From the IMG/VR virus record IMGVR_UViG_3300047157_000104, positions 1-62,485 of that record: a stretch of DNA of 62,485 nucleotides, one strand, 5' to 3'. How positions within the stretch are numbered: the first letter of the stretch is position 1; every line of letters begins with the position of its first letter. The position numbers and the translations under genes were made by a program. Shown here piece after piece: positions 53,105-62,445 of the stretch. The stretch comes from a virus (lineage: Duplodnaviria; Caudoviricetes). The notes under the pieces were generated by a model, which was given only the letters and a program-made list of their open reading frames with translations, did no database searches and had not been told where the DNA came from.

Positions 53105-54808
53105 ATGCAAACAACAGAGATCAACGGGTTTACTATTGACCAGTTCAATCAGTACAGTCTAGAAAGCGGCAAGACTCAGGGCGTATGTCCTCTTTGCTCC
53201 CATACTAGAAAACCTGAGAATAAGAAAGCAAAATGTGCTTCATATGATTGGGATCGTGGTCTCGGCACTTGCCACAATTGTAACACATCTTTTCAGTTAC
53301 ACACGTATCAAAGAAAAGGTGCTAGTGAGCGTGTTTATGTTAGACCTGAGGTTACTAAGTATTTACCAGTTAAAGACAAAGTAACTGAATGGTTTGAAAC
53401 AAGAGGTATATCTCAAAAAACCTTAGATGATGTACAAGTCGGACAAGGTTCTGAGTATATGCCACAAACTGGTAAAACAGAAAACACGATACAGTTTAAT
53501 TATATCATGGGTGACCAATTAATTAATGTTAAATATAGAGATGGTCGAAAGAATTTTAAACTGTATAAAGGTGCTGAAAAAGTATTTTACAATATCAATA
53601 GCATAATAGGTTATGATAGTTGTGTTATAACAGAGGGCGAAATGGATGTGTTAGCATTTCATGAAGCTGGTGTTAAAAACGTAGTGTCAGTACCGAATGG
53701 TGCAACGCTAACTAATAATAACCTAGATTACTTAGATAATTGTATAGATTACTTTGAAGATAAAGAAAGAATACTATTAGCAATAGATAAAGACGAACCA
53801 GGCCAAATGCTTCAAGCTGAGCTTGTGCGTAGGCTAGGTGCTGAAACTTGTTTCATAGTAGACTTCGACGATTGCAAAGATGCTAATGAATATTTACTAA
53901 AGCACGGTAAAGATAAGCTAGCTGAATCAATAACAAAGGCCAGGCCTTATCCTCTTGAAAACGTAACTACGTTTAAAGATATAGAGAATGAGATAACAGA
54001 CTTTGTTAAAAATGGTTTTAAACCAGGCTTCCAAGTTGGTCTACCTAATTTTGACGAAATATTTTCTACGTATACTAAACAGTTTATAACTGTAACAGGT
54101 ATACCTAGTTCAGGTAAGTCAGATTTTGTAGATCAAATGGTAGTAGGTTATAACCAACAATATGGTTGGAAGACTGCTTTTGCAAGTCCTGAAAATCAAC
54201 CAACATACCTACACGCACATAAGCTTATGCGTAAAGTGTGGGGCGACATGCCCAATGTAGGAGATATTGGTGGTGCTAAATGGAACGAAGTTGCAGAGCA
54301 CGTCAACGATCATTTCTATTTCATAGACATGGATAAATACGATCTTGATTCTGTATTACGAAAAGGTGCAGAGCTTGTAAAAAGAAAAGGTATCAAATGC
54401 TTAGTTATCGATCCTTATAATAAGGTTAGAGATATAAATGCAAAGACTGATGATGTAAACCGTTATACAATGGATTACTTAATGAAGATCGAAACATTTG
54501 CTAAGAAGTATGATTGCTTAGTTTTTATAGTTGCGCACCCTACTAAAATGATGAGGGGTCAAGATGGTAAAATCCAAGAACCTACAATGTACAATATAAA
54601 AGGCGGTGGTGAATGGTATGATGCCAGTTACCACGGCCTTCTTGTACACAGAGATTACGAAGCTGGTACCACTAAAGTCAAAGTGCTTAAAGTTAAGTTT
54701 CAAAATCTTGGTGAGAACGGAGCTGAGGCACATTTTACTTGGGACAGAGCTTCAGGTAGATTTGTACCTGAAATGTCTATAAAACAAGATGATTTACCTT
54801 GGGAGTAA
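53105..54808 (+). CDS. T7 gp4/Twinkle-like DNA primase-helicase
   Basis: Zn finger CPLC...CHNC, TOPRIM ITEGEMD and KDANE, Walker A TGIPSSGKS, VIDPY, VAHP. Confidence 0.93.
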   Translation: MQTTEINGFTIDQFNQYSLESGKTQGVCPLCSHTRKPENKKAKCASYDWDRGLGTCHNCNTSFQLHTYQRKGASERVYVRPEVTKYLPVKDKVTEWFETRGISQKTLDDVQVGQGSEYMPQTGKTENTIQFNYIMGDQLINVKYRDGRKNFKLYKGAEKVFYNINSIIGYDSCVITEGEMDVLAFHEAGVKNVVSVPNGATLTNNNLDYLDNCIDYFEDKERILLAIDKDEPGQMLQAELVRRLGAETCFIVDFDDCKDANEYLLKHGKDKLAESITKARPYPLENVTTFKDIENEITDFVKNGFKPGFQVGLPNFDEIFSTYTKQFITVTGIPSSGKSDFVDQMVVGYNQQYGWKTAFASPENQPTYLHAHKLMRKVWGDMPNVGDIGGAKWNEVAEHVNDHFYFIDMDKYDLDSVLRKGAELVKRKGIKCLVIDPYNKVRDINAKTDDVNRYTMDYLMKIETFAKKYDCLVFIVAHPTKMMRGQDGKIQEPTMYNIKGGGEWYDASYHGLLVHRDYEAGTTKVKVLKVKFQNLGENGAEAHFTWDRASGRFVPEMSIKQDDLPWE

Positions 54809-55065
54809 AAAAGAAAGTTGAAAATTATTCAATGACAGAAAATGAAATGCAAGCTTTTAAATGGTGTGTAAGAAACGGTATATGTATAAAACCTAGAGAA
54901 GTAGCTTGGAGAACTAGAAAATACTGTGTCGATATAGAAACAGGTAGGTATCCAAATAGAAAACTAATTGCTACTACACCAGAACACTATTCTTACTTAG
55001 CCGCACAAAAAAAAGCTGCTGAATATAGAACATATTATTACAAAAAGAATGCGGACAAAGTTTAA
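54799..55065 (+). CDS. Hypothetical protein
   Basis: 88-aa ORF coupled to both neighbours. Confidence 0.55.
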   Translation: MGVKKKVENYSMTENEMQAFKWCVRNGICIKPREVAWRTRKYCVDIETGRYPNRKLIATTPEHYSYLAAQKKAAEYRTYYYKKNADKV

Positions 55066-55690
55066 AAATGCAAGCGAAGCCTTCGATTACTTCTACATAA
55101 AAATAAAAGACAAAGGTGTTGATTTTGATAGCACTAAAGCATTATTTAATGTAGGGTTTTATATAGCTGACCCTGTTAATAACAAAATAAAATCTGGCTT
55201 CAGAGGCTGGAGTAAAGAGTATGCCAATGCCGAATGGCAATGGTACTTATCTGGTGATCCAAATATAAAAAAGCTAGGATCATTATACGGTAAGATTCCA
55301 AGTATATGGAAAAAAATGGCTGACAGACACGGCAATGTTAATAGCAACTACGGCTATCAATGGAAACGTAATAGCCAATTACAATATGTAATAAACAAAC
55401 TAAAGAACGATCATAATACTAGACACGCAGCAATAAGCATATATGATGGAAAAGAATGGGAACATTATAAAAATGATACTCCTTGCACATATGCAGTTCA
55501 GTTTAGTATAATAGATGGCAAATTAAATATGTCAGTATATATGAGATCTAATGATCTATGGTACGGCTTTTGCAATGATCAATACCAATTTAGTATGCTA
55601 CAGAAAACGGTAGCAGGAGAATTAAATATACCGGTCGGTTGGTATTACCACCACGCACATAACTTACACTTATATAACGATAAAACTTAA
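55049..55690 (+). CDS. Thymidylate synthase superfamily enzyme, dCMP hydroxymethylase/methylase-like
   Basis: NSNYG, catalytic TPCT, MRSNDLWYGFCND, NLHLY. Confidence 0.8.
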   Translation: MRTKFKNASEAFDYFYIKIKDKGVDFDSTKALFNVGFYIADPVNNKIKSGFRGWSKEYANAEWQWYLSGDPNIKKLGSLYGKIPSIWKKMADRHGNVNSNYGYQWKRNSQLQYVINKLKNDHNTRHAAISIYDGKEWEHYKNDTPCTYAVQFSIIDGKLNMSVYMRSNDLWYGFCNDQYQFSMLQKTVAGELNIPVGWYYHHAHNLHLYNDKT

Positions 55691-56493
55691 TGTACTATTT
55701 ATACCACATTCCTGGTAAAAAGATTGGCGTAACACGTGATCTTGATACCAGAGTTACCCTTGTGCAAGGCTACAAGGAGGGAGAGTACGAAGTTCTAGAC
55801 CAGTCAGAAGATATAGATTACATATCAGACTTGGAGTTAGAACTTCAACAGTCTTATGGCTATCGCAAAGACATACAACCTTATAAACAACTATTTAATA
55901 AAATGAAGATAAACGCAACAGAACAAACCTCAACGTTCCCCGTGCCTATAAATAAATTAAAAGGTAGGCTAATGGATAATATAGGTAAGAATTGGCAGAC
56001 AGAGTTTGGCCAGTTTGAGATAAACGAACAAACAATACCATGGATAGTAGATAACGCAAAGACGTCCATGTTTAATACAGAAAGATGCTACATATATAAT
56101 AAAGCATATTGGAATATGTTTCAGAACAAAGACCCTAAATCAGGATGGGTTCCTAGCTCAAGCAATGGTACTTACGTAGTACAAGAGCCTGACAAAGACA
56201 AATATTACTTTGGTTTAATAAGACAATGGGCGCAAGACAAAGGCATATACGATAAAGGCGACACAAAAACGCAGTACATAAAACTTGCTGAAGAGTTTGG
56301 TGAGCTTGGTAAAGCATTGCTAAATGATGATCAACCAGAAGTAATAGATGCTGTTGGCGATATGGTAGTTGTATTGACTAACCTAGCACATCAAAGAGGA
56401 GTTACTATAGAGTCATGCATTAAGTCAGCATACGGCGTGATAAGTAAACGAACAGGTAAAATGATTAACGGAACATTTGTAAAAGATAACTAA
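55690..56493 (+). CDS. Fusion protein with C-terminal MazG-like NTP pyrophosphohydrolase (N-terminus loosely GIY-YIG-like)
   Basis: KLAEEFGEL...IDAVGDMVVVL...AYGVISKRTG; N-terminal YYLYH...KIGVT. Confidence 0.75.
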   Translation: MYYLYHIPGKKIGVTRDLDTRVTLVQGYKEGEYEVLDQSEDIDYISDLELELQQSYGYRKDIQPYKQLFNKMKINATEQTSTFPVPINKLKGRLMDNIGKNWQTEFGQFEINEQTIPWIVDNAKTSMFNTERCYIYNKAYWNMFQNKDPKSGWVPSSSNGTYVVQEPDKDKYYFGLIRQWAQDKGIYDKGDTKTQYIKLAEEFGELGKALLNDDQPEVIDAVGDMVVVLTNLAHQRGVTIESCIKSAYGVISKRTGKMINGTFVKDN

Positions 56494-56494
56494 T

Positions 56495-56773
56495 ATGAAA
56501 GATTATAGAATAAAAACTGAAGACCCTATCGTACAGAAAATAATTAAAAAGATCGACGAACGCAGTGAGTTTGGTATGAAAAAGTATGGCCAATCTATGA
56601 TGCAAGAAGTCGTAAACAGAGAAAAAGATCTTGGTGCATTTATTGTCGACGTACAAGAAGAATTAATGGATGCAATATTATATTTAGAGTCAGCAAGGCA
56701 TTGTCTGCAAGATGAGATCGAAGATGCTATGCTATCAAGACTTACTGAAGATAAAAATGAAGAAGTCTTATAA
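56495..56773 (+). CDS. Small all-alpha NTP-pyrophosphatase-like protein
   Basis: RSEFGMKKYG...QEELMDAILYL (EE..D metal-binding pattern). Confidence 0.5.
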   Translation: MKDYRIKTEDPIVQKIIKKIDERSEFGMKKYGQSMMQEVVNREKDLGAFIVDVQEELMDAILYLESARHCLQDEIEDAMLSRLTEDKNEEVL

Positions 56774-57212
56774 AAGAAAAAGTAAAGGTCCTGTCAGAGC
56801 TAAAAAGACTAGCTATGACGGGATAACCTTTGCATCTGGTTTAGAGAAGTATATGTATAAAGCTTTAAAAGAAGCTAACATACACGCTCTATATGAGGGA
56901 GAAACGTTTGAACTTGTTGAAGCTTTTGATTTTCCTTTTGAATGCTACGAAAGGTGTGGCAATGGAAAAGGAGAATATAAAAACAGAGGCAATAAAAAGG
57001 TTTTAAACATTAAGTATACTCCAGATTTTATAGGTAAAGGCTTTATAATAGAATGCAAAGGTAGAGCAAATGAATCTTTTCCACTTAGATGGAAAATGTT
57101 TAAGAGCTTAATAGCAAGCAGCAAGATAGGACCTTGCACACTATATAAACCTCAAAATCAAAAAGAATGCGACGAAACAATAAACTTAATACTGAGCAGC
57201 AAAAACAGCTAG
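56757..57212 (+). CDS. T7 endonuclease I-like Holliday junction resolvase
   Basis: FASGLE...YTPDF...IIECKG; ATG at 56757. Confidence 0.8.
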   Translation: MKKSYKRKSKGPVRAKKTSYDGITFASGLEKYMYKALKEANIHALYEGETFELVEAFDFPFECYERCGNGKGEYKNRGNKKVLNIKYTPDFIGKGFIIECKGRANESFPLRWKMFKSLIASSKIGPCTLYKPQNQKECDETINLILSSKNS

Positions 57213-57491
57213 CTAGAGAGAAATATGCAGAGCGTCAGTTTGATAGATGGGTTAAGTGGAAATGGGATACTCACGGCTGCATTAGATACAAAGAATTAAT
57301 ACAACAATTAGAAAAATACAATTTATGACCAAAGAAAAAGAAAAAAAAGCATGGGCGCTGAGCGTTGGCTTGTACCCAGGGATATTAATAGGATTTAGAT
57401 CTTATGAAGATGATGATAAAACTACTCATGTAGCTTATATACCATTTGTCGATCTTGCTTTAGAAGTGTTTAAAAATACAGAAAAATAATA

Positions 57492-57626
57492 ATGGCAAAG
57501 CTTTTAATATCTTCTTATTTAAAGAAGAATAAAACAAAAAGACCAGGCGTACACGCTAAAAGTAAAACGTCAAGAAATAAAAACAGTAAAAATTACGTTA
57601 AGAAATATATAGGACAAGGTAGATGA
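57492..57626 (+). CDS. Small basic protein ending in YIGQGR (44 aa)
   Basis: Overlaps the nrdB start (ATGA); two further short ORFs at 57167..57328 and 57325..57489. Confidence 0.5.
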   Translation: MAKLLISSYLKKNKTKRPGVHAKSKTSRNKNSKNYVKKYIGQGR

Positions 57627-58582
57627 GTTTATTTAAAGAAAGAATAGCATACAAACCTTTTGAGTACCCTGAGTATTATACTGAGGGTTGGTTGAAACAA
57701 GCTCAAGCATTTTGGTTACATACAGAAATACCAATGTCAGGTGACGTAAAAGACTGGAACGAAAAGCTAACTGATGAAGAGAAAAACCTAGTAGGAAATA
57801 TCCTGCTAGGCTTTGCTCAGACCGAGTGTGCTGTTTCTGATTATTGGACGCAGAAAGTTGTTGGTTGGTTTCCTAAACATGAAATACAACAAATGGCTAT
57901 GATGTTTGGTTCTCAAGAAACAATACACGCTGTAGCTTATAGCTATCTAAATGAAACTCTAGGACTTGAAGACTTTGAAGCATTTTTGCATGAGTCAGCA
58001 ACAGCTGAACGATTTGATAACTTAGTAGCATACGAAGGAAATGATCCTGTAGGCATAGGTAAGTCGTTAGCTATATTTAGCGCATTTGCTGAAGGTGTTT
58101 CATTGTACTCTGCTTTCGCAGTGCTATACAGCTTTCAACTTCGCAACCTGCTAAAAGGTATTGGCCAGCAGATGAAATGGTCTGTAAGAGATGAAAGTTT
58201 ACATTCGCGCATGGGTTGTAAGTTATTTAATCAAATGTGCGATGAAATACCTACTCTTAGAGATGAGTGCCAAGATGATATACATAAGGCGGCGGAAACA
58301 ATGGTTGAGCTTGAAGAGAAATATATAGATAAAATGTTTGAGATGGGCGACATTGAGAACTTAAAGTCATACGATCTAAAGCAGTTTGTTAGAAAAAGAG
58401 CTAACGAAAAACTACAAGAACTAGGTTACGTGGGATTATTTACTTATTCGCAAGAAGCTGCAGACAACCTTGATTGGTTCTACCACTTAACAGGCGGTGT
58501 CACTCATACAGACTTTTTTGCTATGAGACCTACAGATTATTCTAAAGCAAACGAAGGTGAAGATTTTGAAGATATATGGTAA
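57623..58582 (+). CDS. nrdB: Class I ribonucleotide reductase beta subunit
   Basis: AFWLHTE, ETIHAVAY, EGVSLYSAF, RDESLH, HTDFFA. Confidence 0.95.
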   Translation: MSLFKERIAYKPFEYPEYYTEGWLKQAQAFWLHTEIPMSGDVKDWNEKLTDEEKNLVGNILLGFAQTECAVSDYWTQKVVGWFPKHEIQQMAMMFGSQETIHAVAYSYLNETLGLEDFEAFLHESATAERFDNLVAYEGNDPVGIGKSLAIFSAFAEGVSLYSAFAVLYSFQLRNLLKGIGQQMKWSVRDESLHSRMGCKLFNQMCDEIPTLRDECQDDIHKAAETMVELEEKYIDKMFEMGDIENLKSYDLKQFVRKRANEKLQELGYVGLFTYSQEAADNLDWFYHLTGGVTHTDFFAMRPTDYSKANEGEDFEDIW

Positions 58583-58588
58583 TTAATT

Positions 58589-60286
58589 ATGTGGAATAAA
58601 GAATGGAAAAAAGGCGTTGATTATCCTGATTGGGGTGATAACGAAGTATATAAGAAAACAATAGGTGGTCAATACTTGCTACCTGGTGAAAGCCCAGCAG
58701 ATGCTTACATGAGAGTTTGTAAGACTGTTGGGATGCGTTTAGGACGTCCAGAACTCACCGAAACATTTTATGAGTATATATGGAAAGGTTGGCTTTGTCT
58801 AGCGTCTCCAGTGTTGTCTAACACGGGCACAGAACGTGGTCTACCGATTAGTTGTTTTGGCATTGATGTTGGTGATAGTATATATGATATAGGAAATAAA
58901 AATTTAGAGATGATGCTACTCGCGAAACACGGCGGCGGAGTTGGTATCGGAGTTAATATGATTAGACCTGCCGGAAGTAAAATAAAACAAAATGGAACAT
59001 CAGACGGAGTTGTCCCTTTCTGCAAGATCTATGATTCTACAATCCTTGCTACAAACCAAGGAGCAGTTCGAAGAGGAGCTGCTTCAGTCAACATTAACAT
59101 TGACCACGCAGATTTTGAAGAGTGGCTTGAGATACGAGAACCTAAAGGGGATGTTAACAGACAAAGCCTTAACTTACATCAATGCGCAGTTGTTGGTGAC
59201 AAGTTTATGCGAAAGCTTGAGCTCGGAGATCCAGAAGCTAGAAATAAGTGGAGTAAACTTATTAGAAAACGAAAAGCAACTGGCGAGCCGTATATCCTCT
59301 TTAAAGGAAATACAAACAAAGCAAATCCAGAAGCATATAAAGAAAACGGATTAAAAGTTCATATGACTAATATATGTAGCGAGATTACGTTGCATACAGA
59401 CGAGTCACATAGCTTCGTGTGCTGTTTATCTTCTTTAAACTTAGCTAAGTATAACGAATGGAAAGATACTAATATAGTATACGATGCTATATGGTTTTTA
59501 GATGGAGTACTTGAAGAGTTTATACAGAAAGCAAAAGGTAAGATCGGTTTTGAAAATGCAGTTAGATCTGCTGAAAAAGGTAGAGCATTAGGATTAGGCG
59601 TTTTAGGTTGGCATACTTATTTACAAGAGAATAACATACCATTTGAAAGCTTGCCTGCACAGTTTGAGACTCGTAGAATATTTTCAACTATGATGGTTGA
59701 GTCTACTAGAGCTAGTATGGATTTAGCAGAGCTATACGGTGAACCACTATGGTGCTCTGGCACTGGACTACGTAATACGCATTTACGCGCTGTAGCTCCA
59801 ACAGTTAGCAACTCTAAGCTATCAGGTAACGTATCACCTGGTATTGAGCCTTGGGCTGCTAATGTATTTACAGAGCAGTCTGCTAAAGGTACTTTCATTA
59901 GAAAGAATCCAACATTAGAAAAGTTATTACGTAAAAAAGGTAAGAATAATAAAGATGTTTGGAATAAGATACTAGAAGATGGTGGTTCTGTACAAGATTT
60001 AGATTTCTTGACAGATGAAGAAAAAGATGTTTATAAAACATTTAAAGAGATCAACCAACTAGAACTAGTAAAACAAGCTGGAATAAGGCAGCAGTTTATA
60101 GATCAAAGTGTTAGTTTGAATTTAGCTTTTCCAAAAGAGGCTACACCAAAATGGATCAACAAGGTACATATGGAAGCTTGGAAACGTGGAATAAAAACTC
60201 TGTATTATATGCGCACTGAATCTGTGCTGCGTGGTGATATAGCTCAGAAAGCACTAAGTGAAGACTGTATGGCTTGCGATGGCTAA
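58589..60286 (+). CDS. nrdA: Class I ribonucleotide reductase alpha subunit (short, no ATP cone)
   Basis: ISCF, GGGVG, TNICSEI, VCCLSSLN, APTVSNS, KTLYY, C-terminal CMACDG. Confidence 0.95.
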   Translation: MWNKEWKKGVDYPDWGDNEVYKKTIGGQYLLPGESPADAYMRVCKTVGMRLGRPELTETFYEYIWKGWLCLASPVLSNTGTERGLPISCFGIDVGDSIYDIGNKNLEMMLLAKHGGGVGIGVNMIRPAGSKIKQNGTSDGVVPFCKIYDSTILATNQGAVRRGAASVNINIDHADFEEWLEIREPKGDVNRQSLNLHQCAVVGDKFMRKLELGDPEARNKWSKLIRKRKATGEPYILFKGNTNKANPEAYKENGLKVHMTNICSEITLHTDESHSFVCCLSSLNLAKYNEWKDTNIVYDAIWFLDGVLEEFIQKAKGKIGFENAVRSAEKGRALGLGVLGWHTYLQENNIPFESLPAQFETRRIFSTMMVESTRASMDLAELYGEPLWCSGTGLRNTHLRAVAPTVSNSKLSGNVSPGIEPWAANVFTEQSAKGTFIRKNPTLEKLLRKKGKNNKDVWNKILEDGGSVQDLDFLTDEEKDVYKTFKEINQLELVKQAGIRQQFIDQSVSLNLAFPKEATPKWINKVHMEAWKRGIKTLYYMRTESVLRGDIAQKALSEDCMACDG

Positions 60287-60289
60287 AAA

Positions 60290-60325
60290 AGAAAAGAGGG
60301 TAGCTTTTAGTTACCCTCTTTTTTT
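60290..60325. terminator. Bidirectional rho-independent terminator at the convergence of the two transcription blocks
   Basis: AAGAGGGTAGC-TTTTA-GTTACCCTCTT flanked by A- and T-tracts. Confidence 0.8.
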
Positions 60326-60554
60326 CCTTGTAAATATCCTTTTTCATATTCAACCTCTTTCTCTAGGTTAATTATTCTTTTTTCTAAACCATCTATTACA
60401 ATTATTTTTTGATCTAATCTATCTTCTATAGATGATAGTTGAGATTTTATTGCTGTAAACTCAGCGTATATACTACCTGCCGCGAATACCGCAGCAACTA
60501 GCCAAACAACTATAGACCAGTTCTTTTGTAACAAGTTATTGACTTCTGACATAT
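60307..60554 (-). CDS. Single-TM plus coiled-coil membrane protein (holin/spanin-like)
   Basis: WSIVVWLVAAVFAAGSIYA followed by a coiled coil; probable start MSEVNN. Confidence 0.5.
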
Positions 60555-60850
60555 CATTCTCCACATTTCTTACTTGGATCATCTACTCTTCTCCAGTCCT
60601 CTTTTTCAAACCAATCTCTAAGCGTAGCTCCTTTCTTTCGAGCTCCTTTAACATTAGTTTTAGATGATCTTCTATATTTTCCTTTAGAACCAGCTGACTT
60701 TTTAGCGTTAACTAGCTTTTGTCTCTCTGCCGAGCTCATGCTTTTTATTTTAGAAGCTGGTAAACAGGTCTTAGTAGTGCCTCCACCTTTTTGTTTTTTC
60801 AAAGGTGAGTTATGTCTCATGTCTATAAACCAGTTTACTTTATTATTCAT
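60554..60850 (-). CDS. Small basic protein
   Basis: NSPLKK...CLPASKIKSMS...LRDWFEKEDW. Confidence 0.6.
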   Translation of the reverse strand: MNNKVNWFIDMRHNSPLKKQKGGGTTKTCLPASKIKSMSSAERQKLVNAKKSAGSKGKYRRSSKTNVKGARKKGATLRDWFEKEDWRRVDDPSKKCGE

Positions 60851-61161
60851 ACTTTAGCTTTAAGTCTTTTATTTTCTTTTTCAAGAAACTCAACTTTAAT
60901 ACGTAGCGCAGAAACTTCTTCCGTTAGTTCAAGAACTGTCTCTCTCAACTCCTCTTTTTCCTTCGCGTTTCCAGCGAGTAATGACTCTAGGTTTTTTACT
61001 CTATTTTTCAAATCGTCTCTGTATTGCACACCGTCGTTATTTTGTAGTCTAATCTTCTTACTCTCGTATTTAGCTTTTAATCTAGCTTCAAGGAATTTCC
61101 ATATAGATGCTGACCCAAGCACCGTTATTACAGTAATTATTATTTGCGTGACTTCGTTCAT
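60847..61161 (-). CDS. N-terminal TM plus coiled-coil protein (lysis-module membrane protein)
   Basis: IIITVITVLGSASIW followed by heptad repeats. Confidence 0.55.
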   Translation of the reverse strand: MNEVTQIIITVITVLGSASIWKFLEARLKAKYESKKIRLQNNDGVQYRDDLKNRVKNLESLLAGNAKEKEELRETVLELTEEVSALRIKVEFLEKENKRLKAKV

Positions 61162-61164
61162 GGC

Positions 61165-61338
61165 TTAGCTTTTCTTTTTACCCATTTTACCAGGTCCACC
61201 AGCTTTGGTACATCTCACACCCCAACCAGAAGCGTAAGCGCTTGGCCATACATCAAATTTCTTTTTAGCCGCAGTTTTACACGCTGGGCTTATTGCCGCC
61301 AATAGTGGCGACTTAGGTTTCATTTTAAAAGGACTCAT
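61165..61338 (-). CDS. Small basic protein (57 aa, not in ORF track)
   Basis: MSPFKMKPKSPLLAAISPACKTAAKKKFDVWPSAYASGWGVRC. Confidence 0.6.
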   Translation of the reverse strand: MSPFKMKPKSPLLAAISPACKTAAKKKFDVWPSAYASGWGVRCTKAGGPGKMGKKKS

Positions 61339-61350
61339 AGTTTTATTTTA

Positions 61351-61761
61351 TTAACAGTTCCATCTGCGTCTAGCTGCTCGACCTCTTTCTCCAGTCCAGC
61401 TTTTTGACCTAGCACAGAATGCTTTTCTTCTTTTAGCAGCTTTGCTACCTTTTTTTAATTTACTTGGTTTAGTAGTAACAGCTGTTTTTAGCTTACTACC
61501 AGGATTATTTCTTTTGTATTCATCTACTCCTTTCTGAGTCATACCACCGCCTGCAGCAGCACCTGTTCCAGTAGGATTAGCTTTGTTAAAGTTTTTACCT
61601 CTACCAATAGTTCTTCTTGGATCAGCTTTCTTTAGTGGCGAACATTTATCGCACATACCACAACTACAGTTGTCTCCACAATTACATTTGCCTATACATC
61701 CGCAAGAGCTTGTAAATGGGTTGCTTGATTGTTTGTATCCAGTTGATCCTTGAAATCTCAT
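61351..61761 (-). CDS. Basic protein with Cys-rich N-terminus
   Basis: CGCIGKCNCGDNCSCGMCDKC-SPLKK...RRKAFCARS...RRRWNC. Confidence 0.65.
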   Translation of the reverse strand: MRFQGSTGYKQSSNPFTSSCGCIGKCNCGDNCSCGMCDKCSPLKKADPRRTIGRGKNFNKANPTGTGAAAGGGMTQKGVDEYKRNNPGSKLKTAVTTKPSKLKKGSKAAKRRKAFCARSKSWTGERGRAARRRWNC

Positions 61762-62168
61762 ATGTCTTTGTATTCGGTTGTAGCATCGTAGCTAGGGCAT
61801 GCTTTCGCAGCGAAGTCGCAATGCCCATGAACTACTGCGTTAGAGTTTAACTTCTTTAATACCTTAATTAATTCTAATAAACTTTCTTTTTGTTCAAGCG
61901 TTCTAGTATCCTTTGGTGTCTTGCCATCTGCCTCAACGCCTCCGATATAGCATATACCTATCGAACCTGTATTGTACCCTTTAGTGTGAGCTCCGCGTTT
62001 GTTTACGTCTCTACCATAAGATATACTACCATCTAAGTGAACAATATAATGATAACCTATATCCGACCACCCTCTTGCTAAATGCCATTGTCTTATGGTA
62101 TCAACACTAAATGTTTGGCCTTCTCTAGTTGCAGAGCAATGTATTATTATTTTATTTATATCTCTCAT
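61758..62168 (-). CDS. N-acetylmuramoyl-L-alanine amidase (T7 lysozyme-type endolysin)
   Basis: IIIHCSAT, GWSDIGYH, GAHTKGYN, GICYIGG, GHCD, KACP. Confidence 0.93.
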   Translation of the reverse strand: MRDINKIIIHCSATREGQTFSVDTIRQWHLARGWSDIGYHYIVHLDGSISYGRDVNKRGAHTKGYNTGSIGICYIGGVEADGKTPKDTRTLEQKESLLELIKVLKKLNSNAVVHGHCDFAAKACPSYDATTEYKDI

Positions 62169-62291
62169 TTATTTCTTAGGCTTACTATGTGTGTATCCTT
62201 TTTTCTTTAAAGCATTGTGTTGAGCTATAGTTTTAGCAACTTTTTTAATACCGGTTTTACTGTACATGTTGTGTACTTTGAAATTTTTCAT
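62169..62291 (-). CDS. Small basic protein (40 aa)
   Basis: MKNFKVHNMYSKTG...KKKGYTHSKPKK, abuts the amidase start. Confidence 0.45.
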   Translation of the reverse strand: MKNFKVHNMYSKTGIKKVAKTIAQHNALKKKGYTHSKPKK

Positions 62292-62301
62292 GTTTATATA
62301 A

Positions 62302-62445
62302 TTATAATGTGTCTGTGTTTAGGGTGTCTAAGTAAGAAGAGTCTATATTCTTACTAATACTCCAAGGTTCTACTTGTACCTCTTGTTTTTTGCATGCAAC
62401 TACAAATAATAATATTATAAGTAATGCTAAAATTATTTCTTTCAT
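62302..62445 (-). CDS. Small lipoprotein (47 aa)
   Basis: MKEIILALLIILLFVVA-CKKQE lipobox-like signal. Confidence 0.5.
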   Translation of the reverse strand: MKEIILALLIILLFVVACKKQEVQVEPWSISKNIDSSYLDTLNTDTL

